A DNA stretch of 64,000 bases from an uncultured Gammaproteobacteria bacterium (GCA_964486995.1 CAZAOV010000001.1:95168-159167); one strand, 5' to 3'; shown: positions 18,033 through 28,103, counted from the first letter of the stretch. Numbers and translations: made by a program. The notes: a model not told the origin generated them from the letters alone.

Positions 18033-19477
18033 TGCGTGTACGCCGACACAATCGGGGGTCGCTGTCGAATCAGTCTGGACAGACGCTAATTCTGGTTTTG
18101 ACCGTCACAGTCATTGCCATGTTGTTCCTGACGGGTATTGCGAGTTGGGCCACGATAAATATTCGAGCGGTGTCGCATACACGTAATCGAGAGCTGGCGC
18201 TTATGGTGGCGGAGGCCGGAACCGAGTATTATCGATGGCATCTGGCGCATGCACCGCAAGATTTCCAGGACGGCACCGGACAGCCCGGACCCTATGTGCA
18301 CGACTACCATGACAAAGACGGAAGCGTCATCGGCACTTTTACTTTGGACATCACCGCACCAACGCAAGGTTCAACCCTGGTCACCATAAAATCCACTGGC
18401 AGTCCGGCTAGCAATCCCAATATCCAGCGCGCGGTGGAAACTCGACTAGCCAAACCTTCATGGGCAAAGTACGCAGTGGTAGCGAACGACGTAATGCGTT
18501 TCGGAGGAGGAACCGAAGTGTTTGGCGAGATCCACTCCAACGAGGGCATTCGCTTCGACGGCTTGATCCATAACATCATATCCAGCGCCCGAACTACCTA
18601 TGACGATCCAGACCACAGCGGCGGAAACGAACATGCTGTTCATACCCATGTCAGTCCGGTCGACCCACTGCCACCGGCATCGGTACCAAGTCGTCCGGAC
18701 GTTTTTGAGGCCGGACGCACCTTTCCGGTCTCAACAGTTGACTTTGACGGTATCACCGCCGACTTGGCGCAAATCAAATCCGACTCACAGGACGACGGCT
18801 ATTATGTACCGGCATCTGGCCAGCAGGGGTGGCGAATCAGCTTTCTATCCAATGACACCTTCAATCTTTACCGGGTCAGAAATGTTTACAGCGGCTGGTC
18901 AAACTGCGGCAATGCTCTAGGTGAAGATTATTGGGGAACCTGGTCAATTCGTCGCCAAGATTATTGGGGCAACTACCCCATGCCTAACAACGGGCTTATA
19001 TTCGTGGAAGACCACGTTTGGGCGGACGGTCAAATTGACGGTTCACGGATTACGATTGCTGCTGGACGATTCCCGTCTAACCCATCAACCTATCGCCATA
19101 TAACCATCAACAACGATTTGGAATATACGAACTATGATGGACAAGACGCAATCGCACTTATCGCTCAAGGCAACATCAACGTGGGTTTGGGCAGTGAAAA
19201 CTATCTAAAAATAGATGCCGCGTTAATCTCCCAAAACGGTCGTGTCGGCAGACATTATTACGAGTGGGGCTGTAATCCATACAACGTGCGGCAACAAATA
19301 GATCTTTACGGCATGATCGGCACAAACCAACGGTACGGCTTTGCATGGACCGACGGCACCGGATATCAAATCCGCAACCTGAACTACGATGCCGAATTGC
19401 TTTATTCACCTCCGCCAAGCTTCCCGTTGACCTCAGAACAATATGTCACTCTGTCATGGCGTGAAGTTGCACCGTAA
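18029..19477 (+). CDS. 482-aa pilin-like protein (PilX/PilY-like N-terminal helix 'SGQTLILVLTVTVIAML').
   Basis: Hydrophobic N-terminal helix after a Gly. Position in the pilus operon. Confidence 0.5.
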   Translation: MMRVRRHNRGSLSNQSGQTLILVLTVTVIAMLFLTGIASWATINIRAVSHTRNRELALMVAEAGTEYYRWHLAHAPQDFQDGTGQPGPYVHDYHDKDGSVIGTFTLDITAPTQGSTLVTIKSTGSPASNPNIQRAVETRLAKPSWAKYAVVANDVMRFGGGTEVFGEIHSNEGIRFDGLIHNIISSARTTYDDPDHSGGNEHAVHTHVSPVDPLPPASVPSRPDVFEAGRTFPVSTVDFDGITADLAQIKSDSQDDGYYVPASGQQGWRISFLSNDTFNLYRVRNVYSGWSNCGNALGEDYWGTWSIRRQDYWGNYPMPNNGLIFVEDHVWADGQIDGSRITIAAGRFPSNPSTYRHITINNDLEYTNYDGQDAIALIAQGNINVGLGSENYLKIDAALISQNGRVGRHYYEWGCNPYNVRQQIDLYGMIGTNQRYGFAWTDGTGYQIRNLNYDAELLYSPPPSFPLTSEQYVTLSWREVAP

Positions 19478-19544
19478 TTGTCCGTATCGCGGGCAATGGG
19501 TTATCATATATAGGTAAAAATGAGTAGAAAACGGACAACAATCT

Positions 19545-20771
19545 ATGTTGAATCCAGTCGCTAACGCCTTTGGTCTGGACATCGGCGATAAATCATATAA
19601 GCTGGCGCAGTTACAGCATCGCCAAAAGGGAGACTATCGCCTAACGGCGCTGGGTCAAATTGATGTTCCTGAAGGTGTTATGAGCGGAGGCGAAATAACG
19701 GATAAAAAGAGAGGTGCTGAGCTGGTGTCTAAACTGGTAAAAAAATCCACCGGGCGGGTGCGCGGCCGAGCTGTGGTAGCCTGTCTACCCGAAGCAAAGA
19801 CATTCATCAAGATAATTGACGCGCCAACAGGACAATCTAAACCTGAATTGGAACGCGCAGTTCTGTCTGAGATTGAACAAAATATCCCACTGCCCAAAGA
19901 AGACATTTACTATGACTGGCAGCTCATTAGACCAGCGAAGCATAAGCCAGCGATAGACACGGCTGAAAAGGATGAAAAAGCGCCTAAAAAAGACAGGCGA
20001 GGCGACACGAAAAAGAGACGGGCCGAAACGGACCAGGAAACAGGAGACAAAAAAGAACCTGCCGCCACCTCGCCGGGTAAGAATACGCCTGACCAAGCGA
20101 AAATCCTGCTCGGCGCTGCACCCAAGGTGCTAGTAGATGACCTGACAGAGATGTTGGACATGGCGGGCTTGGCTCCGGTTGCTCTTGAAATTGAAGCGAC
20201 AGCCATCAGTCGCTGCATAATACCGAGCAAAAGCGGATTCGCACAGGCAGTCGGCATCTTGGATATCGGTGCCACCCGGTCCAGCCTGGTGATATACGAC
20301 CGTGGCCTTATACAAATGTCTATAAGCATCCCAATCGCCGGAACGACCATAACACAAACCCTCAGCAAGATGCTGAACGTGAGCCTTGAGGACGCCGAGA
20401 TACTAAAGGTGGAATGCGGGCTGGATAGCCAGCGCTGCGAAAATAAAATATGGACCGTACTGCAACCGCTCATCGATGACATGGCGCAAAAAATTCGCAG
20501 CGCATTACGTTTCTATAAAATCGGGTTTCCGCAAGGAAAAAACATCGAACAGCTGTACGTTTGCGGTGGCGGTGCGCACTTTCGTGAAATTGACTCTGTG
20601 CTATCCAGAAAACTCACCATTAAAGTTGAACGAGCCGACTCTACAATAAACTTGAAAAAACCGTTACCGCAGCGGCTCCGATCCGCTCAAGACCTTTCTT
20701 ATACGACCGCGCTGGGGCTCGGTATTCGAGCGGCAGATGAGATGAAAAACCAAGTCAAGCTACTGCTATAA
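19545..20771 (+). CDS. pilM: PilM, actin-like pilus assembly ATPase, carrying a ~90-aa K/D/E-rich low-complexity insertion.
   Basis: N-terminal 'GLDIGDKSYKLAQL' ASKHA-fold start, and pilN/pilO downstream. Confidence 0.75.
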   Translation: MLNPVANAFGLDIGDKSYKLAQLQHRQKGDYRLTALGQIDVPEGVMSGGEITDKKRGAELVSKLVKKSTGRVRGRAVVACLPEAKTFIKIIDAPTGQSKPELERAVLSEIEQNIPLPKEDIYYDWQLIRPAKHKPAIDTAEKDEKAPKKDRRGDTKKRRAETDQETGDKKEPAATSPGKNTPDQAKILLGAAPKVLVDDLTEMLDMAGLAPVALEIEATAISRCIIPSKSGFAQAVGILDIGATRSSLVIYDRGLIQMSISIPIAGTTITQTLSKMLNVSLEDAEILKVECGLDSQRCENKIWTVLQPLIDDMAQKIRSALRFYKIGFPQGKNIEQLYVCGGGAHFREIDSVLSRKLTIKVERADSTINLKKPLPQRLRSAQDLSYTTALGLGIRAADEMKNQVKLLL

Positions 20772-20774
20772 GTT

Positions 20775-21311
20775 ATGCGGACGTCTCTAAACCTATTACC
20801 GCCAAAAGAAAAACGCGGCCTGCAGACCGCGCTAGCTATTACGTTTGTTAAAACTTTGACTGCCTACGTATTTCTGGTTTCGCTCATTATCGCCGGCATA
20901 CTTCTATCCATCAAGTTTGTAATGAACGAGACGGCAGACAGCTTAGCCGAGCGCTCAATGGCCTCACTGGAAGAGCATGAAGTCATAAGCCAATACATTC
21001 AAAGCATTAACGACTATATTCATCGAACGGATGAGCTAAACGAAAGTTTTATCGACTGGTCTGCAGTGCTGGAGACTCTGGGACACTCGGCACCAGACGG
21101 CTTGATGTTTGAAAGCGTTGTAGTAGATACCGACAATACGATCACAATCGAGGGTTCGGCCGCGTCGCGCGACGATATTCTACAGATGGAGACGTTTTTA
21201 AATGACTTGCCGGAATTTACGGACATAGAATCACCGCTGTCGAATATTCTCACGAAAGAAAATACCCGCTTTCGGTTCGTAATGAAATATAATCCTGCGC
21301 CCAGTAATTAA
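20775..21311 (+). CDS. pilN: PilN-like bitopic protein ('LNLLPPKEKR' start, one TM).
   Basis: NLLP motif, a single TM and synteny. Confidence 0.55.
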   Translation: MRTSLNLLPPKEKRGLQTALAITFVKTLTAYVFLVSLIIAGILLSIKFVMNETADSLAERSMASLEEHEVISQYIQSINDYIHRTDELNESFIDWSAVLETLGHSAPDGLMFESVVVDTDNTITIEGSAASRDDILQMETFLNDLPEFTDIESPLSNILTKENTRFRFVMKYNPAPSN

Positions 21312-21312
21312 T

Positions 21313-21945
21313 ATGCGAATCAACAAGCGCATCATAGCTTCTACCATAATGCTGCTGCTCCTGACCGGAGGAGTAATTGGAGCAGTCGTGATTCCGACCG
21401 TATTGGGCATCAGACAAATTGAAGAGGAAATCAAACTACAAGAAAGCGAAATAGAGCGACAGTACACGCTGAGAAATTACGTTAGGCGTACCTTCTCAGA
21501 ACTGAGCACCGCAGAGATACAGCTAGACACAATCAGACATACCTATATCTATGAGGGGGAAGAGCTGAATTTTATACAAGCGCTGGAAGAGGCGGCCAGA
21601 ATGTCCGGCATTACCCAAACTATCAGCTTGAATACCGAGAGCGCGACCGAAATAACGCTCTGGGATAAAATGATTCCAATCAAAATTAAAGTCAGCGGTC
21701 CTTTCCCGAGCGTGATGAGCTGGTTGAATGAAATCGAACACCTGGACTATTACGTTATATTCAATTCGTTCAATATCAACTCTACCCAAACTGCAGGCGG
21801 CATCATGGGAGCAACCGGAAATGTAAATGCGCTTTTTTCTGGTAATGTCTATTGGATATCAAAAGATGCACCCTATCACCTTGACCTAGACAGGTCGTTA
21901 AACCTACCGCCCGAATCAACGACCAAAGAGGAAATCGCCACATAA
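21313..21945 (+). CDS. pilO: PilO-like bitopic protein.
   Basis: Single N-terminal TM plus a coiled coil. Synteny only. Confidence 0.4.
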   Translation: MRINKRIIASTIMLLLLTGGVIGAVVIPTVLGIRQIEEEIKLQESEIERQYTLRNYVRRTFSELSTAEIQLDTIRHTYIYEGEELNFIQALEEAARMSGITQTISLNTESATEITLWDKMIPIKIKVSGPFPSVMSWLNEIEHLDYYVIFNSFNINSTQTAGGIMGATGNVNALFSGNVYWISKDAPYHLDLDRSLNLPPESTTKEEIAT

Positions 21946-21947
21946 CT

Positions 21948-22319
21948 ATGGCAAAAAAACGCAAAAAAACTAACGAGCAAAAGGTCAGCCGCGGTAAGAT
22001 TAGAATGGTTGCTAGCATTCTAATGGTTACTGTATCTCTCTGCTGTATCGTGGCGACCGGCGTCTTTGTGCACCAAACTATCGAACGTATTACGGTTAAT
22101 GCGTTTAAGCTGACGGAAGAAGACAGGGAATCAGTAGAAACCATAGAGCTGGAGCTGTTGTCTGAACTGGAGAAAAAAATTAAGGCCAAGAATGCATTAG
22201 ATGTGCCCCGCGAAGGACGCCTGCGAAACCCGTTCAGCGAACGACTCCCCATAGATCCACCTGTACCGTTAAAAACCGACGAAGTGCAGACTCCGGTTGA
22301 TGCGCGGCCCGTTCAATAG
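21948..22319 (+). CDS. Small bitopic protein (possible PilP-like or other pilus accessory protein).
   Basis: N-terminal TM, last gene of the operon before a terminator. Confidence 0.35.
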   Translation: MAKKRKKTNEQKVSRGKIRMVASILMVTVSLCCIVATGVFVHQTIERITVNAFKLTEEDRESVETIELELLSELEKKIKAKNALDVPREGRLRNPFSERLPIDPPVPLKTDEVQTPVDARPVQ

Positions 22320-22340
22320 ACGATGCAAATCTGCTTAAAA

Positions 22341-22372
22341 CGTTAAAAACCGAGCACTGCTCGGTTTTCGCT
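22341..22372. terminator. Bidirectional terminator AAAACCGAGC-act-GCTCGGTTTT, between the pil operon and the cysteine desulfurase gene.
   Basis: Perfect hairpin with A/T runs on both sides. Confidence 0.75.
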
Positions 22373-22415
22373 TCTTCTTGGCGCTTTTGGTCATTTGATG
22401 GTGCTTTTTTATTTT

Positions 22416-23573
22416 CTATAGAATCTGCTTGAGAACTGACAGTACCTGTTCAATATCCGCCTCGGCGGTGAACCGACCGAACGACAATCTTATCCCGCCA
22501 CGACGCGCTGACTGCCCCGTACGAATCTCCTGAAGTATGGATGCAGTTTTTCTTGTGCCAGCGTCACATGCGGAACCAGATGATGCCGCGATGCCAGCTG
22601 CATCTAATTTTATCGTCAAAATATCGCCTTCTTCTTTGGCCGACGATGCATACAAGATTCCGGGTAGTGTTTTATTGGCGTCACCAACCGGAGTCAGATT
22701 TTTTGTAGCACGAATCCCCTCGCGTAACCGTCGTGAAAGACGAACTAATTTTTCGCGGTCAGCTAATCGTTCTTGCTGCAATATTTCCGCGGCTTTTCCG
22801 AGCCCAATTATGCCCTGAACATTTTCTGTTCCGGCGCGCAGACCTGATTCATGTTCGCCTCCCATGATAAGCGGCGCAATTTCAATCCCTTGCCGAACAT
22901 ACAACGCCCCCACGCCCTTGGGTCCGTAAAGCTTGTGGCCGGACAGAGTCAAAATATCAATACCAGCCTCCATCGGATGAATTTCTTCTGTTCGCAGCGC
23001 CTGTACCGCATCGGACATCAACACAAACGGCAACGAATCTTCTCCCCTGTTTTTTCGCTGCTCTTTGATGAACTTGGCAATATCTTCCACCGGTTGAATC
23101 GCGCCCATGACGTTGTTCGCCCACATTACGCATACCATCACGGTCGATTCTTTAACAATCTCAGGTAAAAATTCAGTTCGCACAACACCATCGGCATCAA
23201 CCGACAGGCGATCAATTTCGATATTAAACTCTGATTCCAGCCGACCTAAAGCAGCACGAACAGAAGGATGCTCAACCGCAGAAACAAGCAGATGCAATTC
23301 CCTCTCCGCACCAAACAATTCTCGTAGCCGCTTGAAGTACCCGAACAGGGCGGTATTGTTCGCTTCAGTCGCACCGGACGTAAAAACAACGCAGTGCGGT
23401 TCCGCATCCAACAGATTCGCTACATTGGTCCGGGCCTCATCGATTGCTTTGCGCACCATCCGACCAGCCATATGAATGGAGGACGGATTTCCGGTCATAT
23501 TCAAAGATTCCGCCATCGTCTCGCGAACACGCGAATCAACCGGATTCGACGCTGCATAATCAAGATAAATCAT
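22416..23573 (-). CDS. Cysteine desulfurase (class V aminotransferase, IscS/NifS/SufS-like).
   Basis: PLP-lysine 'SGHKLYGPKG' and the typical 'MIYLDYAASNP' start. Confidence 0.9.
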   Translation of the reverse strand: MIYLDYAASNPVDSRVRETMAESLNMTGNPSSIHMAGRMVRKAIDEARTNVANLLDAEPHCVVFTSGATEANNTALFGYFKRLRELFGAERELHLLVSAVEHPSVRAALGRLESEFNIEIDRLSVDADGVVRTEFLPEIVKESTVMVCVMWANNVMGAIQPVEDIAKFIKEQRKNRGEDSLPFVLMSDAVQALRTEEIHPMEAGIDILTLSGHKLYGPKGVGALYVRQGIEIAPLIMGGEHESGLRAGTENVQGIIGLGKAAEILQQERLADREKLVRLSRRLREGIRATKNLTPVGDANKTLPGILYASSAKEEGDILTIKLDAAGIAASSGSACDAGTRKTASILQEIRTGQSARRGGIRLSFGRFTAEADIEQVLSVLKQIL

Positions 23574-23800
23574 TAGTCCTGCGCCAGCTCAACGCGCTTA
23601 ATTTCCGGCATCTCTTCGACGACTGTTTTTTGTATCCCCTGCTTTAGGGTCATCTGGGCAAACGGACAGCCGGCACAATGCCCCAAAAACTTGACGTACA
23701 AAGTGCCGGTTTCACCATCAAACGAAACCACCTCCACATCGCCACCGTCCTGCTGAAGAGCCGGTCGGATTTTATCTAATATCTTATTTATGTCTTCCAT
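23573..23800 (-). CDS. Nfu/NifU C-terminal-domain Fe-S scaffold protein.
   Basis: 'GHCAGCPFAQMTL' CxxC motif. 1-nt overlap with the desulfurase gene. Confidence 0.75.
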   Translation of the reverse strand: MEDINKILDKIRPALQQDGGDVEVVSFDGETGTLYVKFLGHCAGCPFAQMTLKQGIQKTVVEEMPEIKRVELAQD

Positions 23801-23931
23801 AATATATATGATTAAAGTGCGATTATTCTGCCATAAATCCAGTCCGTGGTCAATTATCCACAGCTAGCACCTGTTGCGAAAACAGATAGTTGCTATCTTT
23901 TAAGCATGTACTTTTTTATTGGAGGTATTAA

Positions 23932-24267
23932 ATGATTGGCCGCACCGACCTTGAAGATCTCCAGAAAGCTCTAGTGGAGATTCAGGGCATGTATCCAGTA
24001 GGCGCCGTCGGCATCATGGAGAACGGTGAAGACAACGTCCTGGTGCAAATCATCGACCATGGAGTGATTCCTAAGTGCGACGAAACCGCACCAGCACACT
24101 CAACATTGACGCTAGCCATTGCTTATGGCACTGTGGGTCGGCTTCCTCTGGGGCGCCAAGCGGACATGCGGGTGTTTCCGCAAATCCACGAACACGGCAT
24201 CCGTGGCATGAAACTAACCACGTATCCGGTGACGTATCTATGCACCGATACGCCGGCGACCGAGTAA
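23932..24267 (+). CDS. Hypothetical 111-aa protein.
   Basis: Strong RBS (GGAGGtattaaATG) and a terminator at 24274-24304. Confidence 0.5.
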   Translation: MIGRTDLEDLQKALVEIQGMYPVGAVGIMENGEDNVLVQIIDHGVIPKCDETAPAHSTLTLAIAYGTVGRLPLGRQADMRVFPQIHEHGIRGMKLTTYPVTYLCTDTPATE

Positions 24268-24273
24268 TAAATA

Positions 24274-24304
24274 TCCCCCGGGCTTGCATCCGGGGTATTT
24301 TTTA
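24274..24304. terminator. Terminator CCCCGG-gcttgcat-CCGGGG followed by TATTTTTTAA.
   Basis: Hairpin plus T-run, shared by convergent small genes. Confidence 0.7.
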
Positions 24305-24406
24305 ATGCCGACTTTGCCGAACCTTACCCTATCGCCTCGCGTTCCGCTGGAACTCCATCCGGGATTTCTCGGGATACAAAAAACCAACTCGATCGAGGTG
24401 GTCTTA

Positions 24407-24688
24407 TTATCTGATTACATAACGAATCGGCACCGTACCGTAATTACCGGTGTAGCTTTCTTCCGGCAAATCGACGGCGGTTCGCGCCAACGAGCAGTCG
24501 CCTGCGATTGGCTGCAACTCTATTTCTAGCTCCAAACCGTGTTCGACCAACAGGCCAAAGCCACAACATAAGTAAGTCTGGTTTGTTGTCGCGAGCCGCC
24601 CAGCCTGGGCTTTCAGAATGAATGGGGCATAACGCTTACGAAACTCTTCAGCCAGCAATCGGGCTCGGGTAAAATTAAGCTTTGACAT
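24407..24688 (-). CDS. Hypothetical 93-aa protein.
   Basis: RBS GGAGGcgtactgATG on the minus strand. Confidence 0.45.
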   Translation of the reverse strand: MSKLNFTRARLLAEEFRKRYAPFILKAQAGRLATTNQTYLCCGFGLLVEHGLELEIELQPIAGDCSLARTAVDLPEESYTGNYGTVPIRYVIR

Positions 24689-24938
24689 CAGTACGCCTCC
24701 GATGGTACGTATTCGTCACATGTCACTTAGCGAATCGAGGAACTAACGCGCGCACCCATGTAATAACCAGCTGAGATGTGCGTCCAGCCAGGAAAGAGAT
24801 CATGTCCATTCTCTAAAGATGGATGACATCAATCTAGACAGCGGTGCACGGATTTGGCTAAAAAGAACTATTATTTTGATGCTCGCTCAGTAATATAGCG
24901 ACAAGCTAAATAACTTTCAACCGCCTTATTTAGCCCTA

Positions 24939-24967
24939 TTGACAACTGAGCTGAAATTCTGTAATCT
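24939..24967 (+). promoter_or_regulatory. Sigma-70-like promoter TTGACA-N17-TAATCT upstream of rpmA.
   Basis: Consensus -35 with 17-nt spacing to a near-consensus -10. A GGTGCTtAGCACC palindrome lies in the leader (24984-24996). Confidence 0.6.
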
Positions 24968-25023
24968 AAGCATCGCAATAAACACATCTGGTGCTTAGCA
25001 CCACCATCGCTTGAAATTAACCT

Positions 25024-25302
25024 ATGGCACATAAAAAAGCATCAGGCTCCACAAGACTGGGACGCGACTCCGAATCCAAGCGTCTTGGCGTTAAGCTGTA
25101 CGAAGGACAGACAGCAAAAGACGGCAGTATCATTATCCGGCAGCGCGGCACCAAGTTCCGTGCCGGAGATAACGTAATGCGCGGCAAGGACGACACTTTG
25201 TTTGCCACCGCTACCGGCACTGTTCGCTTCAACAAAAAGCTGGTTCGCAAGTTCAACGACCGGTTGGAACAGACCACATTCGTTTCCGTGCTTCCAGCTT
25301 AA
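25024..25302 (+). CDS. rpmA: 50S ribosomal protein L27.
   Basis: '[24 protein letters not shown]...[15 protein letters not shown]' matches the L27 consensus. Confidence 0.95.
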   Translation: MAHKKASGSTRLGRDSESKRLGVKLYEGQTAKDGSIIIRQRGTKFRAGDNVMRGKDDTLFATATGTVRFNKKLVRKFNDRLEQTTFVSVLPA

Positions 25303-25320
25303 GAGTCATGCGATAAATCT

Positions 25321-25350
25321 AAAGCCGCCCGGCATATCCGGGCGGTTTTG
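25321..25350 (+). terminator. Rho-independent terminator CCGCCCGG-catat-CCGGGCGG-TTTTG after rpmA.
   Basis: Hairpin plus T-run. Confidence 0.75.
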
Positions 25351-25388
25351 ATTATAAGCTGACGATTCTTTGAGATGCTACTATTTTC

Positions 25389-27080
25389 TTACTTCTTCTT
25401 TTTCGGAGTAGACTTCCGTTTAGCCGAAGATTTTTTTCTTGTTCGGGTTGCGGTTTTTTTCTTGTCGCCAATTGCAGCTTTAAGAAACGCCATAAATAGT
25501 GGGTGCGGTGCGAGTGGTCGCGACTTGAACTCCGGATGGAATTGCGTACCCACGAAGAACGGATGGTCCTTGAGTTCGACAATCTCTACCAAATTGCCGT
25601 CCGGCGAAGTGCCGGCAATTATCAGGCCGGCGTTGCGCAATTGCTCACGATAGGCGTTATTGAATTCATAGCGATGTCGATGGCGTTCGCTAACATCCTG
25701 ACGGCCGTATGCCTTGCGTGACACGGTTCCAGCGGCAAGCCTGCAATCATACGCCCCCAAACGCATCGAACCGCCGTATTTATTTTGTTCAATAAGCTTC
25801 TCCTGTCCGGGCATGGTATGAATCACTAGGTGCGGCGCCTTCTTGTCAATCTCCTCGGTGTTGGCCCCATGCAAACCAACCACGTTCCGAGCGTATTCAA
25901 CCGTAGCCAACTGCATGCCGTAGCACAGCCCAAAAAACGGAATCTTTTTCTCGCGCAGATATTTAATTGCTTTGATTTTGCCTTCGATACCCCGACTGCC
26001 GAAACCACCTGGGATAATAATGCCGTCGTAATCAGCCAACTTATGCACACCACGAGGATTCTTCTCGAACTCTTCGGCATTCAGCCACTCAATCACTGGC
26101 TTATGCCCCTGCTTCCACGCCGCATGCTTTACCGCTTCAATCACCGAAATATATGAATCGGCCAACGTAAACTCGCCGGAAGAAAAATATTTACCAACCA
26201 TGCCAATTCTCACCGGCTTCTCCGCATCTTTTATCGTATCCACGAACTTAGCCCATTCTCCTAAGTCACGCCGCCTCGGTTTCATTCCGAGCTTCTTCAG
26301 AATCTTCTTACCCAAACCTTCTGCCGCAAAATTAACCGGTACCTCATAGATTGAATTGACGTCGGGAGCAGAAATTACCTCATCCTCACTGACGTTGCAA
26401 AAAATAGATAGCTTGCGACGGCGCGGCGCGTCAAGCGGCTGTTCGGCGCGAGCCATAATATAGTCTGGCTGAATTCCAGCTGAATTTACGGTGCGTACGG
26501 CATATTGCGTCGGTTTTGTCTTCATTTCGCCGGTATTCTTAGGAATCGGCAGGTAGCTCACCAAGATGAACAGCACATCTCTCGGTGCGGCCAACTTCAT
26601 CATGCGAGCCGCTTCTAGGAACAAGATATTTTGATATTCGCCAACCGTTCCGCCAATCTCGATCATTGTGAAATCAGCTTTGGACCTGCGCTGAGCCTCC
26701 TTTATTCGTCGAATTATCTCTTCCGGAACATGTGGCACCACCTCGACACAGCGTCCACCGTATTCCAAATTGCGCTCTTTCTCTATCACGGTCTGATAAA
26801 CTCGACCGGTGGTCATGTAATTCACCGCATGAATGTCTGTATTCAGGAATCGTTCATAATTTCCGATGTCTTGATCGGTCTCATCTCCGTCATCGGTCAC
26901 AAATACCTCGCCGTGTTCTACTGGATTCATCGTACCGGCATCGACGTTAACGTATGGATCGACTTTTACTGCAGTCACGTTGTAGCCATAACTCTGCAAT
27001 ATGCGTCCAACCGATGCGGTGGCCGCCCCCTTACCGACGCCGCTCATCACACCGCCGATTACGAAGATATATTTCGGCAT
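25389..27080 (-). CDS. pyrG: CTP synthase, with an unusual Lys-rich C-terminal tail.
   Basis: 'GGVMSGVGKG' synthetase domain plus a GATase domain 'GLCYGMQ'. Confidence 0.95.
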   Translation of the reverse strand: MPKYIFVIGGVMSGVGKGAATASVGRILQSYGYNVTAVKVDPYVNVDAGTMNPVEHGEVFVTDDGDETDQDIGNYERFLNTDIHAVNYMTTGRVYQTVIEKERNLEYGGRCVEVVPHVPEEIIRRIKEAQRRSKADFTMIEIGGTVGEYQNILFLEAARMMKLAAPRDVLFILVSYLPIPKNTGEMKTKPTQYAVRTVNSAGIQPDYIMARAEQPLDAPRRRKLSIFCNVSEDEVISAPDVNSIYEVPVNFAAEGLGKKILKKLGMKPRRRDLGEWAKFVDTIKDAEKPVRIGMVGKYFSSGEFTLADSYISVIEAVKHAAWKQGHKPVIEWLNAEEFEKNPRGVHKLADYDGIIIPGGFGSRGIEGKIKAIKYLREKKIPFFGLCYGMQLATVEYARNVVGLHGANTEEIDKKAPHLVIHTMPGQEKLIEQNKYGGSMRLGAYDCRLAAGTVSRKAYGRQDVSERHRHRYEFNNAYREQLRNAGLIIAGTSPDGNLVEIVELKDHPFFVGTQFHPEFKSRPLAPHPLFMAFLKAAIGDKKKTATRTRKKSSAKRKSTPKKKK

Positions 27081-27090
27081 AATTATCTAG

Positions 27091-27537
27091 TTATTTTTCC
27101 TTGGGAATGATTGATATTTTAACTTCGGCCACTCGTTCTTTGGTGACGTAAATTTTGATGTGGCAGTCACCGGGTTCTTTGACGGGCTGTTCCATTTCGG
27201 CTCGCTCGATTTCTATGCCGGTCTCATTTTGAATGAATTCCGCCACTCGCTCCGGCGTGACCGCTTGATATAACTTTCCGGACGGTGCCACCAGCTCCTC
27301 GAAAACGATATCCAGCTCGCCAATCGCTTTGGCGTTCCTCTTGGCGCGCATTTTCATTCGTTGTTCTTTCTTGGCCGCGTCTTTACTGGCTTGCGCGACC
27401 GACTTGGCGGCCCTGGCGCTCTCCGGCACCGCTAGACCTTGTGGAATCAGAAAGTTCCGCGCATGTCCATCGGAAACCTCTTTGACCTCGCCTTTCTGGC
27501 CGGTTCCCTTAACCTCTTTAAGTAAGATGACTTTCAT
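27091..27537 (-). CDS. rplI: 50S ribosomal protein L9. Start taken at the internal '[11 protein letters not shown]' rather than the longer ORF.
   Basis: '[37 protein letters not shown]' matches the L9 N-domain. Confidence 0.85.
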   Translation of the reverse strand: MKVILLKEVKGTGQKGEVKEVSDGHARNFLIPQGLAVPESARAAKSVAQASKDAAKKEQRMKMRAKRNAKAIGELDIVFEELVAPSGKLYQAVTPERVAEFIQNETGIEIERAEMEQPVKEPGDCHIKIYVTKERVAEVKISIIPKEK

Positions 27538-27550
27538 ACGCTCAGACAAA

Positions 27551-28102
27551 TTACTTCTTGTTGTTATTCTTAATCTTCTTGAGAACCTCCACAGCCTTAT
27601 CAATTACATCGTTGACATCCTTATAGGTAGATTTTTTCTTCAGCTGGCTAACCGGTACCCAGACAATCTTACGAATCCTCTCTTTCTTCTGTGGTTTGCC
27701 CCATGCCTTAGATGCCGCTTCCATCAGAAAAAAATGAACGAACTTATGCACCAGCATACCGCGCGTGGCCGGTCGATACTGATCGCGAAAATAAAAATCT
27801 ATCTTACCGAGCGGCGCCTTCACCCGCAGGCTGCGCAAGCCCATTTCTTCTTTGGCCTCACGAACCGCGGCCTGCCGAATGGTCTCGCCCTTCTCCACGT
27901 GCCCCTTGGCGAACGCCCATTTACCGAAAGGATCCAACAACAAAGCGACACGCACCCCTTTCGGGGTGCGCCTGAACACTATGCCACCAGCGGAGATTTC
28001 AACTCTGGACTTCTCGCCCTTGTTTGCTGGCTGGTGCGCTCGGACCGGTTTCTTTTTGGGCGCTCGAGCGCTAACTCGTTTTTTGCCTGCCTTGGCCGGC
28101 AT
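27551..28102 (-). CDS. NUDIX hydrolase with a basic N-terminal extension.
   Basis: Nudix box '[23 protein letters not shown]'. Confidence 0.8.
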   Translation of the reverse strand: MPAKAGKKRVSARAPKKKPVRAHQPANKGEKSRVEISAGGIVFRRTPKGVRVALLLDPFGKWAFAKGHVEKGETIRQAAVREAKEEMGLRSLRVKAPLGKIDFYFRDQYRPATRGMLVHKFVHFFLMEAASKAWGKPQKKERIRKIVWVPVSQLKKKSTYKDVNDVIDKAVEVLKKIKNNNKK

Positions 28103-28103
28103 A

